This document shows, piece by piece, positions 30,992 to 41,848 of a stretch of DNA of 64,000 nucleotides. Below the pieces are notes generated by a model. That model was not told the DNA's origin. It searched no databases and saw only the letters and a program-made list of their open reading frames with translations. The DNA is taken from contig CALWTK010000001.1 in NCBI GenBank assembly GCA_944384465.1, positions 20,062 to 84,061 of the forward strand. Direction: 5' to 3'. This DNA is from an uncultured Clostridia bacterium. GTDB taxonomy: Bacteria > Bacillota > Clostridia > Christensenellales > UBA1242. Numbering within the stretch: the stretch's first letter is position 1; each line of letters opens with the position of its first letter. The position numbers were made by a program, and so were the translations under genes.

Positions 30992-31408
30992 ATGAAAAAA
31001 TTTAATCTCGTTAGTCTACTCCTTGGAATAATCTCTGGAATAATTGTGATATGTTTGGGCTGGGCATTGCTTGTCCTTGTAACAGTTATAACTGGGCTTA
31101 CAAGGGGCGAAGCTTTGGCAAACTTATATATGTTATTTTGTTTAATTTTTATGCTGGGCGGACTTCTCTCAATTATCGCGGGTGTATTGTGCTTCAAATT
31201 TCCATTTTTAGCAAGGATATTGTTGCTTGTCTCTTGCCTTCTGACTCTAATATTGCCAATCAGCATCATATGTTTAAATAAAAGTTTCAACGCATCTAAT
31301 TTACTCATTTTTACACCTAGCGTTTTAACATTAATCGCTGGGCTATTGGGACTAAAAAAATCAAAATCAGACAATAATAAAATCGGAGATAAAGTTAACC
31401 ATGAATAA
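30992..31408 (+). CDS. Small 4-TM membrane protein
   Basis: Hydrophobic ORF with AAGGTGG RBS, overlapping ldh start. Confidence 0.7.
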   Translation: MKKFNLVSLLLGIISGIIVICLGWALLVLVTVITGLTRGEALANLYMLFCLIFMLGGLLSIIAGVLCFKFPFLARILLLVSCLLTLILPISIICLNKSFNASNLLIFTPSVLTLIAGLLGLKKSKSDNNKIGDKVNHE

Positions 31409-32309
31409 AGTAGTACTTATCGGCTGTGGTAATGTCGGTATGAGTTATGCCTATTGCTTAATTAATGGCGAAAGCAAAGTGGATGAACTTGTACTGATTG
31501 ATGTAAATAAAGACAAAGCAGAAGGTGAAGCTTTGGATCTTTTGCATGCATCCTCATGCTCAAAAAGAAAGATCAAGATAAAAGCTGGTAATTATACGGA
31601 CTGCGATGACGCGGATATAATCTGCATTTCCGCAGGAAGAAATCAAGAAGTTGGGGAGACTAGATTAGACTTAATAGAAAAAAATCTAGCAGTATTCAAA
31701 TCGATAATCTCCGAAATCAACCAAACAAATTTCAGCGGTATTTATCTGATCGCCACAAATCCGTTAGACATAATGACTTATGTAACTTTGAGATTGTCAA
31801 ACGCACCGGAAAATAAGGTTATAGGAAGTGGCACCACTCTTGATACTGCTAGGTTACGCTATATGTTGAGCGAACAATTGGGTATCAATCCAAAGAATAT
31901 ACACGCATACGTCATAGGCGAACACGGAGACAGTGAAATCATCCCATGGAGCAACGCCATAATCGGACTCAATCCAATAGATAATTATATAAATAAATCT
32001 ACAAAAAATAAAATCTTGAAAGATGTTAGGAATAGTGCCTACGAGATAATCAAGAAAAAAGGTAACACTGCATACGGCATTGGAATGTGCCTAAAAAACA
32101 TCACTGACGCTATTTTCGATGACTCAAATTTGATTTTCACCATAGCATCATATATAAATAAATATAAATGTTGTATAGGCTATCCTTGTGTGATCAATAG
32201 AACTGGCATCAAGACTGCCATTGACCTATCTCTGACTGATAGCGAAAAAGAGGATTTCAGCAATTCAGTAAAAACTATAAAAGAAATTTTGAACAAAATT
32301 AAAATTTAA
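31401..32309 (+). CDS. ldh: L-lactate dehydrogenase
   Basis: IGCGNVG, GETRLDL, ATNPLD, GSGTTLDTARLR, IGEHGDS. Confidence 0.95.
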   Translation: MNKVVLIGCGNVGMSYAYCLINGESKVDELVLIDVNKDKAEGEALDLLHASSCSKRKIKIKAGNYTDCDDADIICISAGRNQEVGETRLDLIEKNLAVFKSIISEINQTNFSGIYLIATNPLDIMTYVTLRLSNAPENKVIGSGTTLDTARLRYMLSEQLGINPKNIHAYVIGEHGDSEIIPWSNAIIGLNPIDNYINKSTKNKILKDVRNSAYEIIKKKGNTAYGIGMCLKNITDAIFDDSNLIFTIASYINKYKCCIGYPCVINRTGIKTAIDLSLTDSEKEDFSNSVKTIKEILNKIKI

Positions 32310-32550
32310 TTATCAAATACCGATCAATATCATTAGTACTTAAAAATTAATTATGAAATTACATCAAATTATATTTATATATTAATATTTACACATAAAA
32401 TTTAAATCATTTATAATAAAAAACAACAAATTAAATTTTTCACATTCTATTTTTAGCCATATACCTATTATTTTTTTATATTTTTATTATTTATTTGACA
32501 TTTTTTTCAATAAATATTAATCTATTTTTAATTAAAAAGGAGATTTTTGT

Positions 32551-34602
32551 ATGAAAAAAGTATATGAACCACTTTTTACTCCATGGAAAATCGGCAATGT
32601 AGAAATTAAAAATAGAATAGTTCTTTGCCCTATGGGTGGGACATCAATCTTTGGTTGGATGGAACCACATCATTTTGACCAAGACGCAGCTGACTTCTTT
32701 ATGGACTTAGCTAAAAACAATGTTGGATTAATTATCCCCGGCATTGCCCCACTTAAAAATATAATGGGTGGACAATGGCTGTATAAAAACAAAAAGGTAT
32801 TTACAAAATTAAAATCTTATCTAGAAGAATTCCACAAAACTGGAGCTAAAATGTTTATTCAACTGACAGCTGGATTCGGGCGCTCGTTCTCAATTCCAAA
32901 CTCAATGGCTCCTATTATCAAAAATAAATTGTTATCAACTTTAGTAAAACCTATAATTGATCTTCCTTACCTATGTGCTTCTCCAAGTGAATTACCATCG
33001 CGCTGGCTAGAAGGATATACATGTAGAGCTTTGAAGATTAAAGAGATCAAAGATATGATCACTGCGTTTGCAAAAACTGCGAAATTATGTAAAGATGCTG
33101 GCGTAGACGGTGTTGAAGTTCACGCCGTACACGAAGGATATCTCCTAGACCAATTTACCCTACCTTACACTAACAAGCGAACAGACGAATATGGTGGCAG
33201 TTTTGAAAACAGATATCGTTTTGCTGTAGAAGTAGTCAAAGCGATCAAAGCGGAATGTGGAGAGGATTACCCTGTATCTTTAAGATATTCAGTTCAAAGC
33301 AAGACCATAGATTTTTGTGAAGGTGCCTTACCTGGAGAAAAATATACAGAGATCGGCAGAACTATGGATGAGAGCGAAAAAGCTGCAAAATATCTTCAAG
33401 ATGCCGGTTATGATATGCTAAATGCTGATAATGGTACATACGATGCATGGTATTGGGCTCACCCACCTGCATATATGCCAAAGAACTGCAATCTAGATGA
33501 TGTGTCTCATATTAAAAAATATGTTGATATACCTGTAGTTTGCGCAGGAAGAATGGAACCTGACGTAGCTGCAAAAGCTATTAGGGATAATAAAATTGAC
33601 GGCATGGGCGTTGCTAGACAATTTTTAGCAGATAGTCATTGGGTGACAAAACTTATAGAAGACAGACCAGAAGATATTTTGCCTTGTATTTGTTGCCATA
33701 ATGCGTGCTTCACATTTGCGCATTACAAAGGTGTTGCTAATGATCAATCTATGGAAGATTCAAAACATATGTCTAGGTGTGCTCTTAACCCAACGACAAT
33801 GGACGGCGGTAAATATGACATCAAACCAACTAAAACAATCAAAAAAGTTGCAGTCATTGGCGGTGGGATCGGCGGTATGGAAGCAGCTAGAATTGCCACT
33901 ATCCGCGGACACAAAGTTACGATATATGAAAAAACTGACAAATTAGGTGGGGTGTTTATCCCTGCTGCAGCGCTTTCATTTAAGGAAAAAGATAGAGAGT
34001 TGATAGAATGGTATCGCCGTCAAATCAAAAAACTCAATATCCCAGTTGAATTCAATACAGAGGTAAAGGATCTATCTAAATTAGACGCCGATGAAATCAT
34101 CATTGCGACAGGGTCAAAAGCAAAAACAATCAATATCCCAGGCATTGACCATGCGATTGATGCTGTAGATTATCTAAATGGCAAAAATGTAGGAAAAGAC
34201 GTAGTAATTATTGGAGGCGGACAATCAGGTTGCGAAATTGCTTATGAATTGCATAAACAAGGTAAAAATCCTACAATAGTTGAATCAAAGAATGATTTAA
34301 TGGCAACCGCAGGCTTGTGCCTAGCGAACTCATCCTTCCTACGAGATTATTTCAAACACAATGATGTTCCTGTATATTTGGAAAGCCAAGTCAAAGAAAT
34401 CAAGGATACGAGCGTGATAATTGTAGACAGATCCGGCAACGAAAAGGAGATCAAAGCGGACGATGTAATTGTCGCAATAGGTTACAACCCAGCCCCACTA
34501 ACAAAGCAATCAAAACATGTACATATAGTAGGCGATGCATTGAAAGTCGGAAACTTGCGTACCGTAATCTGGCGAGCATGGGAAATAGCGGAAAAAATTT
34601 AA
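32551..34602 (+). CDS. 2-enoate reductase-like NADH:flavin oxidoreductase (OYE barrel + Fe-S + FAD domains)
   Basis: EVHAVHEGYLLDQF, NKRTDEYGGSFENR, CICCHNAC, two GxGxxG motifs. Confidence 0.9.
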   Translation: MKKVYEPLFTPWKIGNVEIKNRIVLCPMGGTSIFGWMEPHHFDQDAADFFMDLAKNNVGLIIPGIAPLKNIMGGQWLYKNKKVFTKLKSYLEEFHKTGAKMFIQLTAGFGRSFSIPNSMAPIIKNKLLSTLVKPIIDLPYLCASPSELPSRWLEGYTCRALKIKEIKDMITAFAKTAKLCKDAGVDGVEVHAVHEGYLLDQFTLPYTNKRTDEYGGSFENRYRFAVEVVKAIKAECGEDYPVSLRYSVQSKTIDFCEGALPGEKYTEIGRTMDESEKAAKYLQDAGYDMLNADNGTYDAWYWAHPPAYMPKNCNLDDVSHIKKYVDIPVVCAGRMEPDVAAKAIRDNKIDGMGVARQFLADSHWVTKLIEDRPEDILPCICCHNACFTFAHYKGVANDQSMEDSKHMSRCALNPTTMDGGKYDIKPTKTIKKVAVIGGGIGGMEAARIATIRGHKVTIYEKTDKLGGVFIPAAALSFKEKDRELIEWYRRQIKKLNIPVEFNTEVKDLSKLDADEIIIATGSKAKTINIPGIDHAIDAVDYLNGKNVGKDVVIIGGGQSGCEIAYELHKQGKNPTIVESKNDLMATAGLCLANSSFLRDYFKHNDVPVYLESQVKEIKDTSVIIVDRSGNEKEIKADDVIVAIGYNPAPLTKQSKHVHIVGDALKVGNLRTVIWRAWEIAEKI

Positions 34603-34651
34603 TAAACATTAATTTTAGTTCCAAAAATATAATTTCTATTTTAACAAAGCG

Positions 34652-34688
34652 AAAAGGAGTTTATATTAATTATATAACTCCTTTTTTA
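34652..34688 (+). terminator. Terminator after oxidoreductase
   Basis: AAAAGGAGTT...AACTCCTTTTTT. Confidence 0.7.
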
Positions 34689-34919
34689 TTGATAATTTTA
34701 AAAATGTGTATTCAAATCTTCATCTTACTTTTAATTTATTTCAATAGGCATTAAAATATTTCAATTAGAAGTCTACCTATAATAATACACAAAAAATTAA
34801 AATTCAAAGATTTTCTAACAAAATAGTTAAATATTAAACTATAATGTTAACAAATGTTAATATTTTTATAATTAAAAAAATAGTCAAGTTAAGTTAGCCC
34901 TAAAAAACACAAAATAGAC

Positions 34920-34948
34920 TTGATAAAAACAAATCATTATGCTATAAT
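34920..34948 (+). promoter_or_regulatory. sigma-A promoter of tRNA-Arg
   Basis: TTGATA-17 nt-TATAAT with extended TG. Confidence 0.8.
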
Positions 34949-34961
34949 AAATAATAGCAAT

Positions 34962-35037
34962 GATCTCGTAGTAAAACTGGATATTACGGTTCCCTCCTAA
35001 GGAATTGTTCTGGGTTCGAGTCCCGGCGGGGTCACCA
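34962..35037 (+). tRNA. tRNA-Arg(CCT)
   Basis: GATCTCG/CGGGGTC acceptor stem, anticodon loop CTCCTAA, GTTCGAGTC T-arm, encoded CCA. Confidence 0.93.
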
Positions 35038-35080
35038 AACACTAAAATCTTTATAATAAAATATGTATAAATTAAAAACA

Positions 35081-35110
35081 AAAAATCCGTAAATGAATAC
35101 GGATTTTTTT
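35081..35110. terminator. Bidirectional terminator between tRNA-Arg and virB4
   Basis: AAAAATCCGTA-aatgaa-TACGGATTTTT. Confidence 0.8.
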
Positions 35111-37853
35111 ATCTGCTTCTGCCTTCTCCCATGATTTCGCGGACATTATCAAACGCAATGATGTTGATAAACGAACGATCCATAGGTCCAGTGATGAAGA
35201 AGGCAGTACCACGCGGTGCGGTGACGATACCTTCTTGTTCTCTAGCATTAATACCACCTGCAGATTTGTATAGTTCCAACAAGTCTGCCATATCGTTAGG
35301 TGCCAACTGCAAAATCATACTGTACTGACAGGCGTTAATAATAGCTGCCGACCTACGTTGAATCTCAGGCGTTCCCAAGAAGTCTTTGATGTTCTGTGTA
35401 ATGACTATCTGCATACCCTGATATTTACGGATACGTTTAGCCATCTCTGCCATAAAGTTAAGTGCCACCGGACTGTCTGGGTCAATGAACATGTGTGCTT
35501 CGTCGACCGCAATGACAACCTGACGTTTGATATCCTTTCCTGTCCTTTGATAATATTGTTCGTTAAAACGCTTGTTGTTGATGATCTCGTTGTTGAGATA
35601 TTTGAATACCAACAACATCTGAGCATTCGCAAGTTTATTGTTTTTACTAGCAAACAGTGTCTGAAAGTTGAAGGTAATCAAGTTTTCATCTGTCAAAATG
35701 GACGTTGGTCCATTCCACAAGTCAGAGTTTCTACCACCAGTTGCGAACTTCTGAATGTATGTTTCCAAAATCAAAAGGTTGTTTCTATAAAATGCGTCTT
35801 TTACAGTTTTCAATTTCTTTTTAATCAAAGCGAATAAGTCATCAAATATAGGATAATCTTCCGCTTTTAGTTTACCGATATTTGTTTTTTCATTGATGCC
35901 CTTTTTGTTGTACAACTCAACGACCAAAGTATTCAAAGTTTCGAAAGCATCCGAACTGATGCCCTCTAAAATAGCTCTAAAGAATTGCTCCAAGAACTGC
36001 AAGTGAGTAAAGAAAGTCTTGTTGCTCCCCTTGTCCACCAGTTCATCAATACTCTTGTTGTCGATATCTTCCTCATCTTCCGTTGCCGCGTCCAAATCTT
36101 CCAGCGCCGCCATGATGTGGAACGGATTAAGGATACCAGATTTGTTGGTACCGACGTCGATCACTTTACCGCCAAGATTCTTCGTCATGACATCATATTC
36201 TTGTTCTGGGTCGAGGATAAACATTTTCGTTCTGTCTGCTGCCAGATTAGTCAAAATCGCTTTGGTAGCATAAGATTTACCCGAGCCAGATTTACCTATG
36301 ACCATCATGTTTGAATTGATACGACCTTTTCTAGAGTCCCTAGTAAAGAAATCTATAAACACTGGATAGCCGCTAGCTGTAGATTCACCGATACAGAAAC
36401 CTGCTGGGTCCTGCATTATGGAGTCAACCATTGGGAATGATGCCGCAATGGTGGTAGACGGCATGCTCCTATAAAAGTGCTTCAACGTATCAATCCTGTT
36501 CACACTTGACGACACAAAGGCATCGACCTGTCTACCAAAAAGGTCAGAATATTTAAACCCATATTGTTTCAATACATTCCTAACTTCTTTCCTGTTGCTC
36601 TCTTCTACTCTCAAGTGGATAGAGATATCGTAGAGTTGCTCGTTGTTTGTCTTCAAATCTCTCAGTAAAGTTTGCAAGGATTCAATATCCGCTTCTTTTT
36701 CAATAACTTCACTGGAACGGAAGGTTTTATCCAACTTAGACTCTTTTTCCATCACCGCACGGTCAATAGTCTTTTCACCCTTTTCTTTATCCACCGGCAT
36801 TATGTTCATGATGACACGTGTGCCTTCTTGGTTAAATATAGGATAAGCCCAACCATTTCCAACTTCGAGCGGATAATTAGAAATTACCATTTGCTTATAC
36901 GGACGTTTGTCTATCTCTACACGACCGACTTTGAACTCAATCTTTTCTGGCATGATCCAGTTGTTGACCTGACTAGGAGCGAGCCCCTCGATCTCTCTTT
37001 CATAAAATGTGGATTGATAATTAGATTTCAAGAAACTTATCAAATCATTTTCCATCAAGATCTCTGCGCTGATGGTGTATTGCCCAGTGCCAAGGTCGTT
37101 GACAATACCGATAGCAGTATCTTCAAGACTAGCTTTGTCGTTCCCATAGAGGACGAGATAGAAGTGATTTTGCAATATAGGTTCAGCTTTGATAGCATTA
37201 TTCAGTCTGTCCACACGCTCTCTGAAGATGAGCGAACGCGCATCCATTTCCGCCATAGTGTAATGCCCTGATTCATACAGTTCATTCAAAAGGCTATATT
37301 TTTCATCATCATTTTTCAAGAATATGTCAAAACGCATTGGTTTAACAGTCTTGACAATGCTCGCCCTTTGATATTGCGAGATACGCTTCAATGCTTTGCT
37401 GAACGTCCTAATCAACGAGTCTTGCGCCGGCTCTTGCATCAAGTCCATAGCGACAGGATGCATCTCAATCACTATACCAGAATAATCACCAAAATTGACA
37501 AATTTCCCCACCTCAATGTTGAAGAATGGTGTCAATTTTTCCATAGGCTTGTAGCCACGTTTTTTGTTGTTTTTGATATATTTTTTAGGGAAGGCGGCAA
37601 AACGAATAATTAAGATAATAGAACTATATAGCCTCAACCCTTCATCGATAGGAAGATAGAAGACGAGACTGATCGCCAGCCACCCCACAAGAGCATACCA
37701 GCGATAGTCCACACCGCCAATTTTAAATAAGTTACTAGCGACAATAACGATGGCAAAAACCAAACATACAATCGCTAGAATAATGTCTCCGAAAGTAATA
37801 TTTTTAAAGAATTCAGTTTTGACCCTAGTTTTACCAGGAATATATCTAATCAT
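35109..37853 (-). CDS. virB4: VirB4-like T4SS ATPase with fused N-terminal PrgI/VirB3-like membrane domain
   Basis: NSNMMVIGKSGSGKS (Walker A), ILDPEQEY, LNPF, AVDEAH (Walker B), KRIRKY..ITQN. N-terminal IPGKTRVKTEFFKNITFGD plus 2 TMs. Confidence 0.9.
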   Translation of the reverse strand: MIRYIPGKTRVKTEFFKNITFGDIILAIVCLVFAIVIVASNLFKIGGVDYRWYALVGWLAISLVFYLPIDEGLRLYSSIILIIRFAAFPKKYIKNNKKRGYKPMEKLTPFFNIEVGKFVNFGDYSGIVIEMHPVAMDLMQEPAQDSLIRTFSKALKRISQYQRASIVKTVKPMRFDIFLKNDDEKYSLLNELYESGHYTMAEMDARSLIFRERVDRLNNAIKAEPILQNHFYLVLYGNDKASLEDTAIGIVNDLGTGQYTISAEILMENDLISFLKSNYQSTFYEREIEGLAPSQVNNWIMPEKIEFKVGRVEIDKRPYKQMVISNYPLEVGNGWAYPIFNQEGTRVIMNIMPVDKEKGEKTIDRAVMEKESKLDKTFRSSEVIEKEADIESLQTLLRDLKTNNEQLYDISIHLRVEESNRKEVRNVLKQYGFKYSDLFGRQVDAFVSSSVNRIDTLKHFYRSMPSTTIAASFPMVDSIMQDPAGFCIGESTASGYPVFIDFFTRDSRKGRINSNMMVIGKSGSGKSYATKAILTNLAADRTKMFILDPEQEYDVMTKNLGGKVIDVGTNKSGILNPFHIMAALEDLDAATEDEEDIDNKSIDELVDKGSNKTFFTHLQFLEQFFRAILEGISSDAFETLNTLVVELYNKKGINEKTNIGKLKAEDYPIFDDLFALIKKKLKTVKDAFYRNNLLILETYIQKFATGGRNSDLWNGPTSILTDENLITFNFQTLFASKNNKLANAQMLLVFKYLNNEIINNKRFNEQYYQRTGKDIKRQVVIAVDEAHMFIDPDSPVALNFMAEMAKRIRKYQGMQIVITQNIKDFLGTPEIQRRSAAIINACQYSMILQLAPNDMADLLELYKSAGGINAREQEGIVTAPRGTAFFITGPMDRSFINIIAFDNVREIMGEGRSR

Positions 37854-37912
37854 TTTACCCCTTTATTTTTTTACAATTCACATGCATAATATAGTATCTA
37901 TTTTTTTCGGAT

Positions 37913-40156
37913 TTATTTTTTGTCCTTTTTGTTTGCAGCAGTATTAGCTGCCACTTTCTTAATTCCATCAGCAGTAGATAGCTGAGCATTTGCACTCTTG
38001 TTCGTGCTCTCTTTGATATTTGTCAGTAGGTTGACAATTTGAGTAGACATATTAAGTGTTGATGTGTCTGATGTGCTAATAGCCGTGCTGAGTTCTTCCA
38101 TGATAGGTCCCATGCTATCCTGAATCGCAGCAGCAAGTGCGTCATTGTTTGTTGAACCACCTAAGTCTTTGAACGCTGAACTCAATCCTGATTTAAGTGC
38201 GTCAACCTCCGCTTTCTTATCAATAGCAGAATTGAGTCTATACATTGTATCTCTTTCTTCTTGCGATTTCGCTGCACCTATTTGTTCACTAGTGTATTTT
38301 ACACCATGTTGAAGCCTATCTTTATCCTCTGTACTGAATATGTCTGTCCAATTACCTTTGTCATCTTTTGTCTTCGTTAATCCTTGAAGTTCAGCCACTT
38401 TAGCGTTGAAATCATCAAATTTTTTCCCAATATCGCCAACTTTATCAAAATCAGCTTGTACATCTCCACCTTTCGTCTTGCCGTATCCTGCTACCACATT
38501 ATTTGCAGCCTCTACCGCTACCCTTCTTGCTTCTTTTTGTTCGTCGGTCGCACTATCACCCAGTTCAGCTACTAGCGCATCACCATTCAAACTTCTCACA
38601 GCATTTTCGGTAGCTGCATTAACCGCTTCTTCTCCATACACTCCTTTAGCCCTTTCGACATCAGTGTCATTTTGATGCCCTTTCATTTGACTGCTCTTTT
38701 TCATCATCTCTGCTTCTTTGATTAATCTTTCACGTCTTCTTTCTGCTCCTGTTTTAGCCTCATATTTAGGATCCCAATCTTTCCTACTTTTTTCATATGC
38801 CTTTCCAGCAGCTCCTCTAAGTCCCAATCCCCAGCCTTTTGAAGCTTCGTTGAGTTGCGATGCTAGGTTGCCTGCAGTGCCACCCAAAAACCCTTTGAAG
38901 AAAGCTCCCTTTCTGCTTGAACCTCTTTCTCTAGCATTTTTGTATGCTCCAATCCCTGCGCCAAACGCTCCGCCAGCCACGCCAGCCACTTTTTGAGCAC
39001 CTTTCCTAAACTGGCCGAGTCTACCTTTGACTGATTGCGCCAACCCGGTATCGAATCCTGTTTCACCACCTATAAAGGAATTGATTAACGAGATTAAATC
39101 TTTTACCACATACAGACCCGCTATTGTCAGTAGCAAAGGTATGATACCTAATAAATCAACCACTCCCGGAATTGTAATATTTTGAATCAATGGTGAAACG
39201 CAGAAGAACAAGTTCATAGCTGCCACTGCAGAAAAAGCATTTAAAAATTGTTTGATGAACGAATCTTTCCAAGACTTCACCTTCTGTCCATCATCCAGTG
39301 GATACATCGCACACACTGCTGGGCTGATGATAAACAATATCAAAAGCATAAATATACGCTTAACCATCATGAACGAAATATTAACTAATATGTATAGGAT
39401 AAATATACCGCCACCGACAAGCAATATATAGTTTATATCAGTCAATGAATAATACGAGCCTACACTCCACCATGAATGTATCTCTGGACCATTGTCCAGC
39501 GAATAGACCTCGTCTATCTTACTAGCATAGTACTCTAAGTCAGTACTGCCATTGGGGTCGGATGGTAGATCGACACTCACACCATACTGAGCACAAAAAG
39601 CTTGTATCTCAGTGGCGGCTTCTTCCGTGATAGTATCGTACATATCACCAGACCTAATTTTGTTCGCATTATATGCTGAGGTGATGAACAGTTGCCGTGA
39701 TAGATTCATTGTATTAGTGGCAGATGTTGCACCATTTATCGCCACCAAGAGTATATTCCCTAGCCACACACCAAGCAGACAAAACACAGGAACAAGGAAG
39801 AAATTTGCCAAGCCTTTGATAGTTGAACTCAAAATAGCTTTCCACGATTTAGGTTGTTCTGCATAGACGTTTTTCAAAAATGCCATGACAGTAAATATAA
39901 TAATTAACACAAAAGCGAGAAGAATTATTGAATAAAATACATTTTTCACAATGTCTGAATTCAACAGATAAAATAACAGTCCATTATCATTTACATCACC
40001 TGTATTTCCCGAACCGATGTAAACCCCATTATACGCTACATCATCTATACCTGCAAAAGCAAAATAAATTGCTTGTAAAACATCTATAAGAACAAACACT
40101 ATACTAAATAATGGATATAATATCATCCCTATAACGCCCATTACAGCTTCGATCAT
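37913..40156 (-). CDS. VirB6/TrbL-like polytopic T4SS membrane protein with long soluble C-tail
   Basis: About 7 TMs with KRIFMLLILFIISP...PLDDG..KSWKDSFIKQF motif typical of Gram-positive/mollicute ICE VirB6-like proteins. Gly/Ala-rich tail. Adjacent to virB4. Confidence 0.75.
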   Translation of the reverse strand: MIEAVMGVIGMILYPLFSIVFVLIDVLQAIYFAFAGIDDVAYNGVYIGSGNTGDVNDNGLLFYLLNSDIVKNVFYSIILLAFVLIIIFTVMAFLKNVYAEQPKSWKAILSSTIKGLANFFLVPVFCLLGVWLGNILLVAINGATSATNTMNLSRQLFITSAYNANKIRSGDMYDTITEEAATEIQAFCAQYGVSVDLPSDPNGSTDLEYYASKIDEVYSLDNGPEIHSWWSVGSYYSLTDINYILLVGGGIFILYILVNISFMMVKRIFMLLILFIISPAVCAMYPLDDGQKVKSWKDSFIKQFLNAFSAVAAMNLFFCVSPLIQNITIPGVVDLLGIIPLLLTIAGLYVVKDLISLINSFIGGETGFDTGLAQSVKGRLGQFRKGAQKVAGVAGGAFGAGIGAYKNARERGSSRKGAFFKGFLGGTAGNLASQLNEASKGWGLGLRGAAGKAYEKSRKDWDPKYEAKTGAERRRERLIKEAEMMKKSSQMKGHQNDTDVERAKGVYGEEAVNAATENAVRSLNGDALVAELGDSATDEQKEARRVAVEAANNVVAGYGKTKGGDVQADFDKVGDIGKKFDDFNAKVAELQGLTKTKDDKGNWTDIFSTEDKDRLQHGVKYTSEQIGAAKSQEERDTMYRLNSAIDKKAEVDALKSGLSSAFKDLGGSTNNDALAAAIQDSMGPIMEELSTAISTSDTSTLNMSTQIVNLLTNIKESTNKSANAQLSTADGIKKVAANTAANKKDKK

Positions 40157-40320
40157 TAAACTTCTCCTTGTATCAAAAATATTTATTATTGATATTATAT
40201 ACTAAAATAATAAATTAATCAAACAAAACTTACAAAATTTTCAAATAATTTACCTGTAATAACTGTAAAGATTTAATAAATTAATTTATAAAATATCATT
40301 ACAAAAACAAAAAATAAAAA

Positions 40321-40351
40321 AATAGGATTAAATTAAATTTAACCCTATTTA
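40321..40351 (-). terminator. Terminator after acidic membrane protein gene
   Basis: AATAGGATTAAA...TTTAACCCTATT imperfect hairpin with A run on + strand. Confidence 0.5.
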
Positions 40352-40354
40352 TTA

Positions 40355-41848
40355 CTAACTCCAATCTGTCTCAAATTCTGCAAAATAGAACGGTTGTTCG
40401 CTTTCAAATCTGACTATCACTTCCCCGCCTTTCCAAGTAAGAATTTGATTTTCCGCATCATCTGTGGCCGTCTCTAAATAGATTGAATAATCCACGTCTT
40501 CCATCTGCAACAATTCATAGATTGACATACCTTGCGATAGCAAGTTTAAATTTCCAGTGTCAATATTTGTGAAAACAGGTGCTGACACGTTCAAATTTTG
40601 ACTAGATTCAAACATATAAGAATCTACTCCCACTTCGCTCTCAGTCGACCATACTGAACCAGTCAACACAATTTCACCATTTGTCCTAGAAATATACATA
40701 TTGAAATTATCAAAATCTATATCTGACAATATAAACGAATAATAATTAAAATACACATCAGTTTTAGGCATAAATATCATGGCAATATAGTTTTCTTTAG
40801 AAATATTTTCCATCATACTTTCGCTATCAGCAAAGATATAATCTTTTATATACACTTTTTCAGTTCTGATGTTGTGTTCTTCTTCAGACAATAATGAATT
40901 TATGCTGTCTACAATCACTTGTTCAATGGACGAGTCAATAGGTTCATCTTCATCAATAGGAGCATATTTGTCATTATCATTGATATATCCAGAAATAGTT
41001 TCCGCTATAGTAACTGACAAGTTTTTATCAAATCCAAAATATTTTATTGCAGCGATTTTCTCTTCAAAAGTGCTTTCCGTCATCCCCTCTGTCTGGTCAT
41101 AACTATACACATCGTCGACCATGAGACTAATCACATTATATAGATCTGCATATTCACTCGCAAAAGTAGTTTCATCAAAATTATCATAATTATATTCAGC
41201 ACTTGGCAGTTCTATAGTTATATCAAGATTTGCATTATTATCTTCCAGTAGTGTAACAGCCGCTTGTACGACCCCCGCATAATCTCTTATGATATCAATC
41301 TTTGCTTGGTCCTCATCCGTATAGACTACACGACAGCCATAAAAGTCTTCACCATTCACGCCAAATTGGGTAGACATACCTTCTCCGTCTCCCTGACTTA
41401 GCCAACTGAACATCAAGTCAAACACTGCCGCAATAGCAATTATAATTACAAACACTATTCCTACCTTGAATAATACACTACTCATAGAAGTACCGACAGA
41501 AGATCCCGTTTGCCTGACAACTGCTTTTTTATTCATAGCCAATTGCTCTATCTCTATGATATCTTTGGCATATTTCTTCTTCGCTTGCGCCATGACTCTT
41601 CTGTCACTAAAAGTTATGACAGGATAAATTGAACTAGCTACGCGCTTTTTGATTCCTTTCAATTTATTTTGCAGTATCTTATCTTTTGCCTCTTTCTCCG
41701 CCTTTGCTTCTTCTACAATTTCTTTTTCAGATTCTTCTTCATCTTCCGCCTCTTCTTCTTGAAGTAAGGCATCTTCATCGGCATCTTCTTCTAGGTCGTC
41801 ATCTTCTACATCTTCGTCATCATAGTCTTCTTCGTCATTATATGCCAT
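40355..41848 (-). CDS. Uncharacterised highly acidic single-pass membrane protein in T4SS cluster
   Basis: Poly-D/E N-terminus, one TM (~aa 125-150), acidic C-domain. AAGGAGG RBS. Confidence 0.7.
   Translation of the reverse strand: MAYNDEEDYDDEDVEDDDLEEDADEDALLQEEEAEDEEESEKEIVEEAKAEKEAKDKILQNKLKGIKKRVASSIYPVITFSDRRVMAQAKKKYAKDIIEIEQLAMNKKAVVRQTGSSVGTSMSSVLFKVGIVFVIIIAIAAVFDLMFSWLSQGDGEGMSTQFGVNGEDFYGCRVVYTDEDQAKIDIIRDYAGVVQAAVTLLEDNNANLDITIELPSAEYNYDNFDETTFASEYADLYNVISLMVDDVYSYDQTEGMTESTFEEKIAAIKYFGFDKNLSVTIAETISGYINDNDKYAPIDEDEPIDSSIEQVIVDSINSLLSEEEHNIRTEKVYIKDYIFADSESMMENISKENYIAMIFMPKTDVYFNYYSFILSDIDFDNFNMYISRTNGEIVLTGSVWSTESEVGVDSYMFESSQNLNVSAPVFTNIDTGNLNLLSQGMSIYELLQMEDVDYSIYLETATDDAENQILTWKGGEVIVRFESEQPFYFAEFETDWS

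Noticed and set aside
32551-34602. Bilirubin reductase or bile-acid bai enzyme call
   Set aside because: Active-site region reads HAVHEGY as in enoate-reductase-like proteins, and there is no bai operon context. Substrate cannot be assigned.
34884-35081. 65-aa minus-strand ORF
   Set aside because: Antisense to tRNA-Arg and its promoter, so spurious.
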